A DNA stretch of 53,024 bases, taken from assembly GCA_002189035.1 (NCBI GenBank), contig NEEC01000254.1:1-53024 (forward strand), in the 5' to 3' direction. The stretch is from Utricularia gibba. Its lineage: Eukaryota; Plantae; Magnoliophyta. Below the pieces are notes generated by a model. The model made no database searches, had not been told where the DNA came from, and was given only the letters and a program-made list of their open reading frames with translations. Both the position numbers and the translations under genes were made by a program. Positions within the stretch are counted from its first letter, which is position 1. Every line of letters begins with the position of its first letter. Of the stretch, positions 52,701 to 53,024 are shown in pieces.

Positions 52701-53024
52701 GAGGCCACCATGAGGCTGCGGGTAGGGACACACCCAGAGCTTGTTCAGAGATCGCTCGAAAACCCATACTTCACGTCATCCAATAAAACGCAGATCTTTT
52801 GCAAGGCGAAAATCACAATCGCGTCGATTCTCGTGTTCCGAAACGCATCGTCGCGAACGTGGTGGCCAATTTGTGGCACATCTGAAGGCTAATATAAGGC
52901 GATAATTCGAGCTCTGATGCATCCTCGGACGAAGATGCTTTCAACACGGAAGCTGACCGGCACGGAAAGGGGTTCGAAACGGTATGCCGGGCGCAGCGTG
53001 ACTCATCACGGTTTTCAGGATATC

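Larger units (their letters stand above)
1..53024 (+). repeat. Tandem satellite DNA array, 347-bp consensus monomer, about 155 copies, head-to-tail, running off both window ends
   Basis: The GAGCTC (SacI) anchor recurs at 216, 561, 906, 1249, 1595, 1939 ... 52909. Error-free units are exactly 347 bp (9054-9400, 10432-10778, 13528-13874; monomer ATG spacing 32347 to 32694). There are 47 intervals over 216-16245, mean 341 bp. No reverse-complement monomer or non-monomer sequence was seen. The reference monomer is 180/347 G+C. Confidence 0.98.

Noticed and set aside
1-53024. Hundreds of 60-205 aa ORFs on both strands as protein-coding genes
   Set aside because: All are translations of the same monomer. 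Their boundaries shift with 1-bp indels, the longest (e.g. 30001-30618) arise from chance frame-joins across units, and I recognise no domain.
1-53024. CRISPR-like or repeat-spacer array (invariant 144 bp plus variable 203 bp)
   Set aside because: The variable parts are over 90% identical to each other rather than unique spacers, the lengths are far outside CRISPR ranges, and there are no cas genes or leader.
1-53024. Rolling-circle concatemer of a single viroid-sized (347 nt) circle or eccDNA
   Set aside because: A single template would give one haplotype with random errors. Here four linked haplotypes occur in ordered, regionally changing patterns, and I see no viroid central conserved region or intact ribozyme. 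eccDNA derived from the array is not excluded but is not evidenced.
1-53024. Transposon insertions, inversions, telomeric repeats or array boundary
   Set aside because: None were seen. Every stretch, including the scrambled zone, decomposes into + strand monomer words.

Overview
The whole 53 kb window is one uninterrupted head-to-tail satellite array. It holds roughly 155 copies of a 347-bp monomer (about 52% GC, CpG-enriched), all in + orientation, with no unique sequence, array boundary, transposon, telomeric repeat, RNA gene or credible protein gene. Every ORF in the track is a translation of the same monomer. At least four recurring haplotypes can be read by eye: A, B1 (18 substitutions from A, about 5%), B2 (B1 with three A alleles) and C (A-left/B-right mosaic backbone plus three private substitutions). 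They are ordered into higher-order repeats, with strict A-B dimers (694 bp) at 8.7-13.2 kb and B-C-C' trimers (about 1.03 kb) at 42-47 kb, and subfamily composition changes along the array. From 16.2 to 23.0 kb the array is scrambled into short same-strand monomer fragments. That zone, a strong deletion bias (mean period 341 bp versus the 347-bp consensus) and gap alleles at the A/B diagnostic sites suggest a noisy long-read consensus, so fine-scale order needs raw-read confirmation. I do not recognise the family or organism. I found no well-supported new biological system. The most speculative leads are a degenerate hammerhead-like core in the A/B-invariant block and a quasi-palindrome that explains the clustered A/B differences. 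All counts were made by hand.
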